Shown here: piece by piece, positions 49,470 to 64,000 of the stretch | Layout: each line of letters opens with the position of its first letter | How positions within the stretch are numbered: position 1 is the stretch's first letter | Origin: the human T2T-CHM13v2.0 reference genome, Homo sapiens | DNA: 64,000 nt | NCBI RefSeq assembly: GCF_009914755.1 | Contig: NC_060926.1 | Direction: 5' to 3' (one strand) | The notes under the pieces: generated by a model | Told to the model about the DNA's origin: nothing | The model's input: only the letters and a program-made list of their open reading frames with translations | Database searches by the model: none | Translations under genes and position numbers: made by a program

Positions 49470-50548
49470 GTCCAATAAATATTTGAATATGAGCCATGTG
49501 CCAGGCACTGGTTCTGGGGGCTAGGGATATGACATTGCATAAAATCTTCTCGATCAGGGGCATACACTTGTAAAGGAGAAAAAGTAATACATTTCCCTCC
49601 TATCACAAGGTTCATAGCTGACACCCCCTATAACAAAAGACAGATTAATAAGAGAAAAGCTTAACGATTTTATGTAACCAAAGTTTTATGCAACACAGGT
49701 GCCTTCAGAAATGAAGACCCAAAGAACCAGGGAAAACTCTATTTTATGCTTAGGTTTGATGAAGAATTGATAGTCATATAGAAGTATGACTGGACAAAAA
49801 GCAGGTATGACCTAATGTACTGAGGGGAACTTAGCAAGTCCTATTTGTTCAGATTTTTCTCTGTGTCTCTGTGTACTCATTCCTTTCCTCCATGTACAGG
49901 GTAGACACTTGTCACATGAGGGTCTTATGATCTACTTTTAGGTCAGAGAATTCTTTTCATGGCTTCAGGGGAGAAAGGTGGAAGGATGTCAGAGAAAGAG
50001 AATGACAAAGACAAAGGGACCTTTCTGCTTCTGTGGTTTTCTCAATTTCCTTCAGCTTTAAACATTCAGTATGCCAAAAATGCCGTTATTTGGGGGTAGC
50101 ACTTTCCACACACCATCACACCCTAATAGCAAAAACAGAGGCAATAATAATAAAAGCATATAGATATCCTAAACACTATGAAGTAAAATAAAGCAAAGTA
50201 CAGGGAATAGGGAGTGGCTGGAGTGGGGCTCGGGGTGTGATACAGAGAGATCGAGACAGACCTCTCTCATAAAGGTGACCTGAAAGAGGCATGAGCCATG
50301 CAGCCATGTGGGAAAGGAGAGCTTCAAGCAGAGGAAACAAGCCCTGAGGTGGAATCTCTATTGGCCCGATCAAGGAGACTAATATAGCTAGAGAAGGGGA
50401 AGCAAGGAAGAAAGTCATGGGAAATGGGAATTGAGGCACAGGGAGGATATTGTGTGATAGCTTGTAGGCCACTAGGGACTTTGATTTTTTCTCTAAATCA
50501 GATGAGAGGCTGTAAGTTCTGAACAAAGGAGGGACATGATCTGCTTTG
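49470..50548 (-). mobile_element. L2 3' remnant split by the LTR
   Basis: caataaatatttgaatatgagccatgtgccaggcactg ... cttgtaggccactagggactttg...ggacatgatctg. Confidence 0.75.
49569..50118 (-). mobile_element. ERV1-class solo LTR (MER31/MER67-like) inserted in L2
   Basis: TG...CA ends, 4-bp near-TSD cact/cacc, and motif cccctataacaaaagacagattaataagagaaaagc. Family name uncertain. Confidence 0.65.
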
Positions 50549-53500
50549 CAAATTCCAGTATTATCTCCTACAGTCTCCCCTCCAGGACTCCTACTCCAAG
50601 TTCAAACTAAAACCTGCCCCACATTTTCCCTGCTCTATAACTTCATTCATGTTTTTTGCCTGAAATCCACAGTCTTCACCTACACACTCTGTTTGTCCTA
50701 CCAACCATACTTAACTAACCGTACTTACATATATGCTACACCAAAAGTATCCTCATTTCTTGGATTCCTTCTAGCTTCTGGCATCTTTAAAAAAATAATC
50801 TGTCTTATATATTTTACACTTTTTTGTACCTGTGTAGCAGCTAGCCAAAAACTGTGCTGGTAGGAAGTTTCTTAAGCTATGAATTAAAAGAAAATTGTAA
50901 TGCTGGTTGAAATATCATACTTCCAGAAAGCTTAAAGATTTGCAAAGGAAGCCTTAGGGCAGATGATTGAGAGGCCAGGTCATGTCGAGTAGAGCCTGTA
51001 CTCACAAAGGGGCAGCCTAAAAGAAGGGGCCCAAACAGATGGCAGTCTTGGACTTGAACAAGTTACGTTCATGATCCAGAAAAAAGGATCCCAGGCCTCC
51101 TTGTTTGCAAAGTTTGTGAGATGCTCTCTAATAGGCTCTGTAGTTTCACGAAGAAAACGGGGTAAAAAGTGGAGGTGGATGGGAGGCAGATCTAGAGTGC
51201 ACCTCCAGACAGAGCAGTGTGTGGAGGCTCGCACTGTGAATTTTAGCCCAGATAGACTGCAAGAACAAACCAGCAGTCCCAAGAAGAGCCACAGACTCTC
51301 TGAAGGAAGCGGACTGCTCCTGCAGGACCCAGGAGACACCCCAAATACTGTGAGTGCCCCAACTGCGGAGTGGGAAAGGGAGAGCCTCCTCTCCTGAACA
51401 CACCCCCAGAATGGAGAAACTGAAGGTCTGTTTGTAGGAGAGGTTTCTGACCTTAACTGGAAGTGAGTCAATTTAGAGAGTGGAGCAAAATACAGGGGTA
51501 GTGCAAGTAGCAGAAAGGCCCTGGGAGCTCACTATGTCCCCAAGCAGGCCATTCCTAACCTGATACCATAGGGATCCATTGAGGGGGTGGCCAGAAGGAA
51601 GACGGGTAAAACTCCACAGGGAGAAGGAAATCTCTAGCTGAACTGTGTAACAATTCGAACAGGACAAGACATCCGGGATGCACACTCCACAGCCAGGGGG
51701 AGAAGCAAGCCCTTTTCTTTCACAGCTAGGAGGCAGGTAGCCTAGGGCAAGTTTTCAAGCCTGGCTCGCCCACTGCCTGGAAACAGACTTGGGACTGTTG
51801 TGTGAGGCAGTGAGAGTGAGACAGGCCCTTTGGTTTGTGTGGGAGCTGGGTAAGGCCTGTGACTGCCGGCTCTCCCCGACTTCCCTGACAACCTGCATGA
51901 CTCAGCAGAAGCAGCCATAATCCTCCTAGGTACACAAATCCAGTGACCTGGGAATCTCACCCCCATCCCCCACAGCAGCCACAGCAACACCCACCCAAGG
52001 AGAGTCTGAGCTCAGACACACCTAGCCCTGCTCCCACCTGATGGTCCTTCCCTACCCACCCTGGTAGTGGAAGACAAAGGGCATATAATCTTGGGAGTTC
52101 TAGGGCCCTGCTCACCACAGGTCCCTCTCCATAATACCACAGCTGATGCTCTCTGGAAAGCGCCACCTCCCGGCAGGAGGCCAACGACCACTAAAATAAA
52201 GCATTAAACCACCAAAGCTAAGAACCCTCACAAAGTCCACTGCATCCCCCACCACCTCCACCAGGACAGGCACTGGTATCCACGGCTGAGAGACCCACAG
52301 ATGGTTCACATCACAGGACTCTGTGCAGACAACCCCCAGTACCAGACCAGAGCCAGGTAGACTTCCTGGGTGGCTAGACCCAGAAGAGAGACAACAATCA
52401 CTGCAGTTTGGCTCACAGGAAGCCACATCCATAGGAAGAGGGGGAGAGTACTACATCAAGAGAACACGCAGAGGGACAAAAGAATCTGAACAACAGCCTT
52501 CAACCCTAGACCTTCCGTCTGACGGAGCCTACCCAAATGAGAAGAAACCAGAAAACCAACTCTGGTAACAGGACACAACAAGGCTCTTTAGTACCCCCAA
52601 AAGATCACACTAGGTCGCCAGCAATGGATCCAAACCAAGAAGAAATCCCTGATTTACCTGAAAAAGAATTCAGGAAGTTAGTTATTCAGCTAATCAGGGA
52701 GGGACCAGAGAAAGGTGAATCCTAATGCAAGGAAATTCGAAAAACGATAGAAGTGAAAGGAGAAATATTCAAGGAAATAGAGAGCTTAAAGAAAAAACAG
52801 TGAAAAATTCAGGAAACATTGGAAACACTTATAGAAATGCAAAATGCTGTGGAAAGTATCAGCGATAGCATTAACAAGTAGAAGAAAGAAATTCAGAGCT
52901 GGAAGACAAAGTCTTCCAACAAAGGCAAAGAAAAAAGAATAAGAAAATATGAACAAAACCTCCAAGAAGTCTGGGATCACGTTAAATGACCAAACCTAAG
53001 AATAATTGGTGTTCCTGAGGAAGAAGAGAATTTGAAAAGTTTGGAAAACATAATTGGGAGAATAATCAAGGAAAACTTTCCCAGCCTTGCTAGAGACATC
53101 CAAATACAAGAAGCACAGAAAACATCTGGGAAATTCATCGCAAAAAGATCATTGCTTAGGCACATTGTCATCAGGTTAAGACAAAGGAAAGAATTTTAAG
53201 AGCTGTGAGACAGAAGCACCTGGTAACCTAAAAAGGAAAACCTATCAGATTAACAGCAGATTTCTCAGCAGAAACCCTACAAGCTAGAAGGTATTGGGCT
53301 CCTATCTTCAGCCTCCTTGAACAAAACAATTATCAGTCAAGAATTTTGTATCCATTGAAACTAAGTATCATATGTGAATGAAAGATACAGTCTTTTTCAG
53401 ACAAACAAATGCTAAGAGAATTTGCCACTACCAAGCAACCACTACAAGAACTGCTAAAAGGAGCTCTAAATCTTGAAACAAATCCTGGAAACACATCAAA

Positions 53501-56500
53501 ACAGAACACCTTTAAAGCATAAATGACACGGGACCTATAAAACAAAAATACAACTTATAAAGCAAAACAATAAACAAAAAACCAAAAGTACACAGGCAAC
53601 AAATAGCACTGTGAATGCAAGGGTGCCTCACATTTCAGTACTAACATTGAATGTAAACGGCCTAAATGCTCCACTTAAAACATACAGAACTACAGAATGG
53701 GTAAGAACTCACCTACCAACTACCTGATGCCTTCAGGAGACTCACTTAACACATAAGGACTCACATAAACTTCAAGTAAAGGGATGGAAAAAGGCATTTC
53801 ATGCAAATGGACACCAAAGGTGAGTAGGGGTAGCTATTCTTATATCAGACAAAATAAACTTTAAAGCAACAGCAGTTAAAAGAGACAAAGAGGGACACTA
53901 TATAATGGTAAAAGACCTTGCCCAACAGGAAAATATCACAGTCCTAAATATATATGCACCTAACACTGGAGCTCTCAAATTTATAAAACAATTACTAATT
54001 GACCTAACAAATGAGATAGATAGCAACACAATAATAGAGGGGGACTTCAATACTCCACTAACAGCACTAGACAGGTCATCAAGACAGAAAGTGAACAAAG
54101 AAAAAATGGATTTAAACTATACCTTGGAACAAATGGACTTAACATACAGAACATTTCATCCAACAACCACAGAATACACATTCTATTCAACAGCACATGG
54201 AACCTTCTCCAAGATAAACCACATGATAGTCCATAAAATGAACCTCAATAAATTGAAGAAAATTGAAATATCAAACACTCTCTTAGACCACAGTAGAACA
54301 AAACTAAAATTAACTCCAAAAGGAACCTTCAAAACCTTGCAAATACATGGAAATTTAATAACCTGCTCCTGAATAAGCACTGGGTCAAAAACAAAGTCAA
54401 GATGGAAATTTAAAAAATTCTTCGAACTGAACAACAATGACACAACCTACAAAAACCTCTGGGATACAGCAAAGGTGGTGCTAAGAGGAAAGTTCATAGC
54501 CCTAAACACCTACATCAAAAAGACTGAAAGAGCAGAAACTGACATTCTAAGGTCACTTCAAGGAATTACAGAAACAAGAACAAACCAAACCCAAACCCAG
54601 CAGAAGAAAGGAAATAACCAAGATCAGAGCAGAACTAAATGAAATTGAAACAAACAAAAATACAAAAGATAAATGCAACAAAAAGCTGGTGCTTTGAAAA
54701 GATCAATAAAAGTGATAGACCATTAGCAAGATTAACCAAGAAAAGAAGAGAGAAAATCCAAATAACCTCACTAATAAACGAAAAAGGAGACATTACAACT
54801 GACACCACTGAAATACAAAAGATCATTCAAGGCTACTGTGAACACCTTTACACACATAAACTAGAAAACCTAGAATAGAGGGAAAAATTCCTGGAAAAAT
54901 ACAACCCTTCTAGCTTAAGTCAGGAAGAATTAGATACCCTGAACAGACCAATAACAAGCAGTGAGATTGAAACGGTAATTTAAAAATTACCAACAAAAAA
55001 ATGTCCAGGATCAGACGGATTCACAGCAGAATTCTAACGGACATTCAAAGAAGAATTGGTACCAATCCTTTTGATACTACTCCACAAGATAGAGAAAGGA
55101 ACAACCTTCCCTACTTCATTCTATGAAGCCGGCATCACCCTAATACCAAAACCAGGAAAGGACATAACCAAAAAAGAAAACTACAGACCGATATCCTTGA
55201 TGAACATTGATGCTAAACTCCTTAACAAAATAATAGCTAACTGAATCCAATAGCATATCGAAAAGGTAATCCACCATGATCAAGTGGGTTTCATACCAGG
55301 GATGCAGGGATGGTTTAACATACGCAAGTCAATAAATGTGATATACCACATAAACAGAATTAAAAACAAAAATCACATGATCATCTCAATAGATACAGAA
55401 AAAGCATTTGACAAAATCCAGCACCCCTTTATGATTAAAACTCTTAGCAAAATTGGCACACAAGGGACATATCTCAATGTAATAAATTCCATCTATGACA
55501 GTCCCACAGCCAACATAATACTGAATGGGGAAAAGTTGAAAGTATTCCCTCTGAAAACTGGAACAAGACAAGGATGCCCACTCTCACCACTCCTCTTCAA
55601 CACAGTACTAGAAGTCCTAGCCAGAGCAGTCAGACAAGAGAAAGAAATAAAGAGCAACCAAATTGGTAAAGAGGAAGTCAAACTGTCACTGTTTGCTGAC
55701 AACATGATTGTTTACCTTGAAAACTGTAAGTACTCCTCCAGAAAGCTCCTAGAACTGATAAAAGAATTCAGCAAAGTTTCTGTATACAAGATTAATGTAC
55801 ACAAATCAGTAGTTCTATACAACAGCATCCAAGCAGAGAATCAAATCAAGAACTCAACCCCTTTTATAATAGCTGCAAAAAAAAAAAATGCTTAGGAATA
55901 TACCTAACCAAGGAGTCGAAAGATCTCTACGAGGAAAATTATAAAACACTGCTGAAAGAAATCATAGATGACACAAACAAATGGAAACACATCCCATGCT
56001 CATCGATGGGTAGAATCAATGTTGTGAAAATGACCATACTGCCAAAAGCAATCTACAAATTCAATCCAATCCCCATCAAAATACCACCATCATTCTTCAT
56101 GGAATTAGAAAAACAATTCTAAAATTCATATGGAACCAAAAAAGAGCCCACATAGCCAAAGCAAGATTAAGCAAAAAGAACAAATCTGGAGGCATCACAC
56201 TACCTGATTTCAAACTATACTATAAGGCCATAGTCACCAAAAGAGCATGGTACTGGTATAAAAATATGCACACAGGCCAATGGAACAGAATAAAGAATCC
56301 AGAAATAAACCCAAATACTTACAGCCAACTGATCTTCGACAAAGCATACAAAAACATACAGTGGGAAAAGGACACCCTATTCAACAAATGATGCTAGGAT
56401 AATTGGCTAGCCACATGTAGAAGAATGAAACTGGATCCTCATCTCTCACCTTGTACAAAAATCAACTCAAGATGGATGAAGGACTTAAACCTAAAACTTG

Positions 56501-56611
56501 AAACTATAAAAATTCTAGAAGATAACATTGGAAAAATCCCTCTGGACATTGGCTTAGGCAAGGATTTCATGACCAAGAACCCGAAGTCAAATGCAATAAA
56601 AACAAAGATAA

Positions 56612-56910
56612 GGCCGGGCATGGTGGCTCACACTTGTAATCCCAGCACTTTGGGAGGCCGAGACGAGCGGATCATGAGGTCAGGAGATCGAGACCATCCT
56701 GGCTAACATGGTGAAATCCCATCTCTACTAAAAATACAAAAAAATTAGCCAGGTGTGGTGGCGGGAGCCTGTAGTCCCAGCTACTCAGGAGGCTGAGGCA
56801 GGAGAATGGTGTGAACCTGGGAGGTGGAGGTTGCAGTGAGCCAAGATCCAGCCTGGGCTACAGAGTGAGACTCTGTCTCAAAAAACAAACAAACAAACAA
56901 ACAAACAAAC
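56612..56910 (+). mobile_element. AluY/AluSc-like in L1PB, (AAAC)n tail
   Basis: gagatcgagaccatcctggctaac. TSD aaaaacaaagataa at 56598-56611 and 56911-56924. Short right-arm deletion (gccaagat|ccagcctggg). Confidence 0.94.
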
Positions 56911-57551
56911 AAAAACAAAGATAAATAGCTGGGACTTAATTAAACTAAAGAGCTTTTGCAAAGAACAAAAGGAACAGTCAGCAGAGTAAACAGACAACCC
57001 AGTGGGAGAAAATCTTCACAATCTGTACATCTGACAAAGGATTAATATCTAGAATCTACAACGACCTCAAACAAATCAATAAGAAAAAAAAAAATCCCAT
57101 AAAAAAAGTGGGCTAAGGACAGGAATGGACAATTCTCAAAAGAAGATACAGAAATGGCCAACAAACATATGAAAAAATGCTCAACATCACTAATGATCAG
57201 GGAAATGCAAATCAAAACCACAGTGCAATACCACTTTACTCCTTCAAGAATGGCCATAATCAAAACATAAAAAAACAGTAGATGTTGGCATGGATGCAGT
57301 GATCAGAGAACACTTCTATGCTGCTGTTGGGAATGTAAACTAGTACAGCCACTATGGAAAACAGTGTGGAGATTCCTTAAAGAACTAAAAGTAGAACTAC
57401 CATTTGATCCGGCAATCCCACTACTGGGTATCTACCCAGAGGAAAAAAAGTCATTATATTAAGAAGATACTTGCATAGCACAATTCACAATTGCAAAATC
57501 GTGGAACAAATCCAAATGCCCATCAATCAACAAGTGGATAAAGAAACTGTG

Positions 57552-57563
57552 ATATATATATAC

Positions 57564-57612
<49 letters not shown>

Positions 57613-57632
57613 CACACACACATATATACATA
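57552..57632. repeat. (TA)/(CA)n compound microsatellite within L1PB
   Basis: atatatatatacacacacatatacacacaca... Confidence 0.92.
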
Positions 57633-58209
57633 TGATGGAATACTACACAGCCATAAAAAGGAATGAATTAACAGTATTTGCAGTGGCCTGGATGAGATTG
57701 GAGACTATTATTCTAAGTGAAGCAACTCAAGAATGGAAAACCAAAAATCTTATGTTCTCACTGATATGTGGAAGCTAAGTTATAAAGATGCAAAGGCCTA
57801 AGAATGATACAAAGGACTGTGGGGACTTGGAGGAAGGAGTGGAAGGGGAGAAGCGATAAAAGACTACAAATATGGTGCAGTGTATACTGCTTGGGTGATG
57901 GGTGCACCAAAATCTCCCAAATCATCACTAAAGAACTTACTCATATAACCAAATACCACCTTTACCCCAATAAGTTATGGGAAAATAATAAAAAGAGGAG
58001 TAAGACCATGGACTTATGTACCCCCTTTCCCCAGCTGCCAATCCTAGATTACTCTTAAAAGCCAGTCAAGGCCAGAGGATCACTTGCTGTCTTCTCAACT
58101 AACTGTCCACGTAATGATAGATGGCTAACACTCATTTAAGGGTGGAAAATGTCTTGCACAGCATAATTAAAGATACCATAAAAGTTTAAAGATTAAAAAA
58201 ATACTTTAG

Positions 58210-58485
58210 TATAATCCCAGTGCTTTGTAATGCCAAGGCGGGAGGATTACTTGAGCCCAAGGGTTTGAGACCCACCTGGGCAACTTAGCAAGACCTCGTC
58301 TCTACAAAAAAATTAAAAAATTAGCCAGGCACGGTGGCACGTACCTATAATCCTAGCTACTCAGGAGGCTGAGGTGGGAGGATCACTTGAGCACAGGAGT
58401 TTGAGGCTACAGTGAGCTAGTATCATGCCACTGCATTCCAGGCTGGGTGACAAAGCAAGACTGTCTATAAAAAAACAAAGGAAAA
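58210..58485 (+). mobile_element. AluJ, slightly 5'-truncated
   Basis: tataatcccagtgctttg...gcaagactgtctataaaaaa. Confidence 0.9.
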
Positions 58486-58529
58486 TACTTGAATGTGCAT
58501 AAGTTTCCGTAAAGAGTAACCTCACCAAT

Positions 58530-58745
58530 AATAATAGTAGTAAGCAAGAAAATAGGATACTGTTTGACTTTTCATGCATTGTCTTATTTAACATTTTCAA
58601 TACCCCAAAGTTAGGTATTATAATCTGCATTCTAAAGATAAGGAAAGTGAGGGTCAGAGATGGTATAAATTGCACCTGGTCCCACTAATAAGTGATAGAG
58701 TTGCAGTTTGAATCCAGGTCTGTCTGACTCTAAAAACTAAGATCT
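58530..58745 (-). mobile_element. MIR SINE
   Basis: aaagataaggaaagtgagggtcagaga...gtttgaatccaggtctgtctgactc. Confidence 0.8.
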
Positions 58746-59293
58746 CTGCAAGACATGCTGCATGTTGTCAAGCATAGGTAACTAATAAGTTTACATGACT
58801 GTATCAGCTTTTCCTTTATACAATCAGAGAGAGGAAATGGGAACCACAGGGCACTGGGAACCTTAAGTGAGGCTGAGGGAGCCCCCACAGAAGAAAGAAG
58901 AGTGAGAAAAAGGTGAAGGGACTGAAAAGAGGGCAAATGATAGTAGAGCCTGTTAACTTTGGGGTGGAAAAGAAAGAAGCTTGTGCTTTTTGTCCAGTAG
59001 CTAATAATATAGGTAACTTTGCTCTGAATGGTTGAAAAAGTTTGGAAGGGGAAGTTCTTAATAAGCTGACTTCTCATAAAGATGCTTCATTCTTTTATTG
59101 ATTGATTTGTACTAAAAATAAAGATAATGCTTTGTAAATGTAAATGAAAAAAATTCCTAAAATGAACCAAATAAAAACTAAATTATCTCCTCAAAACAAA
59201 AATTATACAAATACAAAACATTATTGCTAGTTTTGCATCTGTTTATATAGAAGATAAAAAGGAAAACTAAGTTCGTCCTATGCTGTTGCATGA

Positions 59294-59997
<704 letters not shown>

Positions 59998-60129
59998 CAA
60001 AATACTTTTATGTTTAAAGTATTTTAAATACTTGGGTTCAGAATATAATTCCAAGTTGGACCTGACCCTGTATAACAGCCACAGACAACACCGTACAGTT
60101 AAAAAGGCAAATAACAGGGCCTGACCCCT

Positions 60130-60308
60130 TGTTTTGACAATAGAGAATGCTGGGATCTTGAGCAAGATCATCTCTTAGAACTGAAGTTTTCTCATCTCTA
60201 AAATAAGGATTTATTCACTTGTGTTACAAGATTGCTGCACAAATTAAAAATAATGTAACTAAATGCAGGGGACAGGAGCACTGAGTAAATAGCGGCTATT
60301 ATTGTTGT
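60130..60308 (+). mobile_element. MIR SINE
   Basis: gatcttgagcaag...agttttctcatctctaaaataagg. Confidence 0.65.
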
Positions 60309-60897
60309 TTCTAATGAGAAAGCCCTGGATTATTTGGCAAGAATAGCAGAATGAAACAAAAAAAGAATGAAAAACACAGACACTAAATAAAATCCATATT
60401 TGGTTATTTAGAATTTATGGCTGATATTTATATAGTGCAAACTGTTTTAAACATAGTAAGGATGTAGCTTGGAAGTTAATATTAAACTCATTTAATTGAT
60501 TTATGAAATTTAACCCTGTAGTTGGCATATGGTAGTAGCTCAATAAAACACTATTGATGGAATACATTTCAAATAAAATATACATTTCATCTTTAATTTC
60601 ATAATTTTAAATTTATTTTTATTCATACTTAACAATGTGATTTTTAAAGATAACCAATATTATTAGAATGAAATATTTCTGTTTCTATGTCTATGAAATA
60701 ATGAAAATAATGTCTATGAAAATAATAAATTTGTATACTGCTATGATAAAGGTATCATGTACTATAATAAACAAGAAACAAGAATAAGCATATAGAGATA
60801 ATAAATCTGCACAGGGAAATGTTTATAAATAATTTGATTCACACAGCACAGACCCTTGGTGCAAAAGTTTAAGTTGATCAAGAAGACTGAAATGACA

Positions 60898-60972
60898 TCA
60901 AATTATATTATATTAAATTATATTAATATTAATATATATTTATATATTAAATTATAGTAATATTTTTAATTG
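60898..60972. repeat. AT-rich low-complexity tract
   Basis: aattatattatattaaattatattaatattaatatatat... Confidence 0.8.
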
Positions 60973-62315
60973 AAAGAAAAAGTAGATTGGAATTTCAATT
61001 AAAATTTTGAAATAAGACATTTTGTATTTAAAAAGTAGGGAGAAATGGACAATCATCAATAAAAATGGGCTCAGGTAAAATATGGCAATCAATAGAAGAA
61101 AATTCATTCAGTTCTTCTAGGAAAATGCTAATGTGATAGACCAAGATGATAAAGTGCAAATACCTGCATTTTAGCAGCTTTAAAGTTATTAGAGTATACT
61201 CTGTTGACTAAAGAACTATATAAAGACAAAAATATGTGAATATATTTCCTAGCTATAAGACTTTCTGTTAGCAGATCCTTGCAAATAAGAAGGTGAAAAC
61301 ATCAAATAGAATTATGTAGTTATTGAAAATACCTAGAAAAAACCAGACTTTTAAAAATCCAAACTTGTCCATACTAAGACATCTCTCATCTTATATTCAT
61401 GCAGCTGGTTTTTCTCCGAAAATCAGCTTAGGTTGAATTACTAGTCAAGAGATGACCAAGTCCAAGATATGATGCTAAGAAAAAAGAACGAAATATATGG
61501 TGTGTAATGAAGGGAGAAATGCTAAATGACAACGATCTGAACAAAAGCACAAAGGAGAAAGAAGAATCCAAAAAGATAGGATAGTGGTTGGTGACATTAG
61601 TGTAATCTATCAAGATTAATTTGAAGTCTACTCCCATCTTCCATGAGGCATGCTTATTGTTATCAACAAACCTCATGATCAAGAATTCCTTCACTTACTG
61701 GGTTCTTGGTCTTAATCCTGTCTTCAGGTACTTCCTAGACTTGGTGAATTCTGAAATCTAATAACTAAAGAGTCTTAAAATACATGTCGGGGATTTCAGG
61801 AACTGGTCATTAGAATTCAAAAGAGAATGCCTGTGATAACGAACAGGGTAAAAAGTTCTAACAAAGGCATGGTGAAAAGGCAAACAATAAGAAGGGGAAA
61901 AACAGTATAGATAATTAAAGGAAGAAGAAAAAACTTTTATGAGGTGAAAAGTCTGATGAAAGTCTAAAAATCTAAAGGAAAATATCTCTGTTTTAATTCT
62001 AAGGCAATAGGGTAGGACAAAGAAGAAAAGCACAGAAACACAGGCAGTGTGTTAGCTAAACCACAGGCTACGCAGTATTAAAAATGGCCAGGGAGGGAAG
62101 ACTGTTACACAAGAAACGGATGGCCAGCGTCCAGTGTTTTGTTTTTCTTGTTTGTTTTTTTGCTTTTAAAGAAAACTGTGTGGTAAAGAAAGAAATGGTG
62201 AGAACTGAAAAATTCAAACTAACAAAGAGTAGAAAAGATAAAGAGTCCCTAAAAGTCCTGGGATTTCCCAATTTCAAAGATGAACAAGGTAGTAGTTTAT
62301 CCTTCAGTGTATCTT

Positions 62316-62614
62316 TTGTTTTTGTTTTTGTTTTTTGAGATGGAGTCTCACTGTGTCACCCAGGTTGGGGTGCAGTGCTGTGATCTTGGCTCACTGCAAC
62401 CTCCACCTCCCGGGTTCAAGCAATTCTCTGCCTCAGCCTCCCGAGTAGCTGGGATTACAGGCACCCACCACCATGCCCAGCTAATTTTTGTATTTTTGTA
62501 AAGACGGGGTTTCATCATCTTGGCCAGGCTGGTCTTGAACTCCTGACCTCATGATCCACTGGCCTTGGCCTCCCAAAGTGCTGGGATTACAGGTGTGAGC
62601 CACTGCGCCCGGCC
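62316..62614 (-). mobile_element. AluS SINE with (TTTTTG)n tail
   Basis: TSD ccttcagtgtatctt (62301-62315) / ccttaagtgtatctt (62615-62629). Confidence 0.94.
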
Positions 62615-63222
62615 CCTTAAGTGTATCTTAAAGTGATTGTTTCAGCCAACTATAAATCAGTCATACATTGTCTTATTTAAGGTTGAAACCTGCTGAAAAA
62701 TGCATCACTGAAATGATTCATTTTCATTTTTAAAAAGCTACATTTGAAAAATGTAGTTAGAATTGATCCAAATGCCATCAAAGATGGAAGAAAAATAATC
62801 AGTCAACATGATTGACGCCAATCTCTGGAAGATATTTAAAATCAGGAAAACACAAAAAGCAGAAAAACAATAGTCAGAGATAGGCTTAAGATCCTCATGT
62901 TTCATGTTTCAGGTATGGAATATATCTATTATAATCCTTTTAAGGTCACCTGATATATAAATCAGGAAAAAAAATTACTTAAAGAGTGGCCTTTTCTGGA
63001 ACTGAAAACTTTCACCAGTAAGTGCCAGTAAGTAACCAAGATGTTTCATTTTCCTGTAGGTAAACATTTAATGTTTCGATTATTTTTTGCTATTACATAT
63101 TTTTTGCTATTACAATCATTTAAAATATTATGCAGCAACCAAAAGTTCTTAGCTTATCAGCAGAATTTTTTTCTGAAATCTATTTCCCTCCTTACTTTGT
63201 GGAAATTTTTAGAAACAGGAGA

Positions 63223-63308
63223 TAAAAGGTATACTTTATTTTTACTTTTTTAAAAGGTACACTTTATTTTTACTTTTTTAAAAGGTACACTTTATTTTTA
63301 CTTTTTTA
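63223..63308. repeat. 28-bp tandem repeat, 3 copies
   Basis: Unit taaaaggta(t/c)actttatttttacttttt starting at 63223, 63251 and 63279. Confidence 0.95.
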
Positions 63309-63415
63309 CCATGATGCATTCAAAACACATAAAATCAGAATAATATGATAAATGTGAAAACCAGTTTCATGAAATACTATCCTTTTGCTTCATTTCTTTT
63401 AATGAAATAAATATT

Positions 63416-63733
<318 letters not shown>

Positions 63734-63749
63734 AATGAAAGAAATATCA

Positions 63750-64000
63750 TAGATAAAGTTAAGGCCTGCCAAATCCTATTCCCTTGCCTCTCTCCCCAGA
63801 TGCAACACTATTATGAATTTGGTATTTAATCCTATGCATACTACTACTTCATCATCAATCAAGAACAATGTGTTATAGCATTATCCTGAATGTTTTAAAA
63901 TTTTATGTAAATGTTATTGTATTTTGTCATACTGTAATTTTTTTGCTCAACTTATTTTTTTCAGATTTCACATGATCACATAGCTCTAGTTCAGTCATTT
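63750..64000 (-). mobile_element. Old L1ME 3' fragment
   Basis: ttttatgtaaatgttattgtattttg...ctcaactta...tagctctagttca. Confidence 0.55.

Larger units (their letters stand above)
51166..57993 (+). mobile_element. Near full-length L1PB (L1PBa-type 5'UTR); ORF1 (~52537-53520) and ORF2 (~53615-57775) disrupted
   Basis: GC-richer 1.4-kb 5'UTR (ggatgggaggcag...cagagcagtgtgtggaggctcgc), ORF1 start MRRNQKTNSGN, EN/RT fragments, and L1PB 3'UTR (gggtgatgggtgcaccaaaatctc). 5' boundary approximate. Confidence 0.92.

Noticed and set aside
50980-51471. 163-aa minus-strand ORF, and a possible 132-nt cassette (51137-51006, tacag|...ttt|gtgagt)
   Set aside because: The ORF is largely antisense L1PB 5'UTR with no recognisable homology. 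The cassette has a weak donor and a stop in the WDPCP frame, with no independent support.
53905-55895. 155-aa and 203-aa RT/EN-like ORFs
   Set aside because: Disrupted L1PB ORF2.
63223-63308. 28-bp direct repeats as a CRISPR-like array
   Set aside because: The units are contiguous with no spacers and the context is a primate intron, so this is a minisatellite.

Overview
Primate, very probably human, genomic DNA from inside the WDPCP (Fritz, CPLANE/BBS15) gene, which is transcribed on the minus strand. Three coding exons are present with canonical GT-AG sites: 47754-47145 (610 nt), 25187-24999 (189 nt) and 21602-21479 (124 nt). They splice in frame into the WDPCP peptide as I recall it (...VLSSVRTEWDPL...LFKLG|VFTRGQ...PERE|AQLETSL...HHLLR). 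The rest is intron dominated by interspersed repeats: several LINE-1s (all large ones antisense to the gene), about 20 Alu/FLAM/FAM SINEs, L2, MIR, MST and ERV1-type solo LTRs, MER8 and MER58. Almost all other ORF-track entries are L1/Alu debris. I found no convincing new gene or biological system. The best observations are: an L1PA element that appears to have retrotransposed from a spliced RNA (SpIRE-like, with an unusual acceptor), a 13-kb nested stack of L1 insertions, an inverted duplication that makes a ~104-nt hairpin in an MST LTR, an in-frame second GTAAGT donor after the large exon, and a 28-bp tandem repeat carrying sense-strand AATAAA. Subfamily names and exon numbers come from memory of consensus sequences and were not verified by search.
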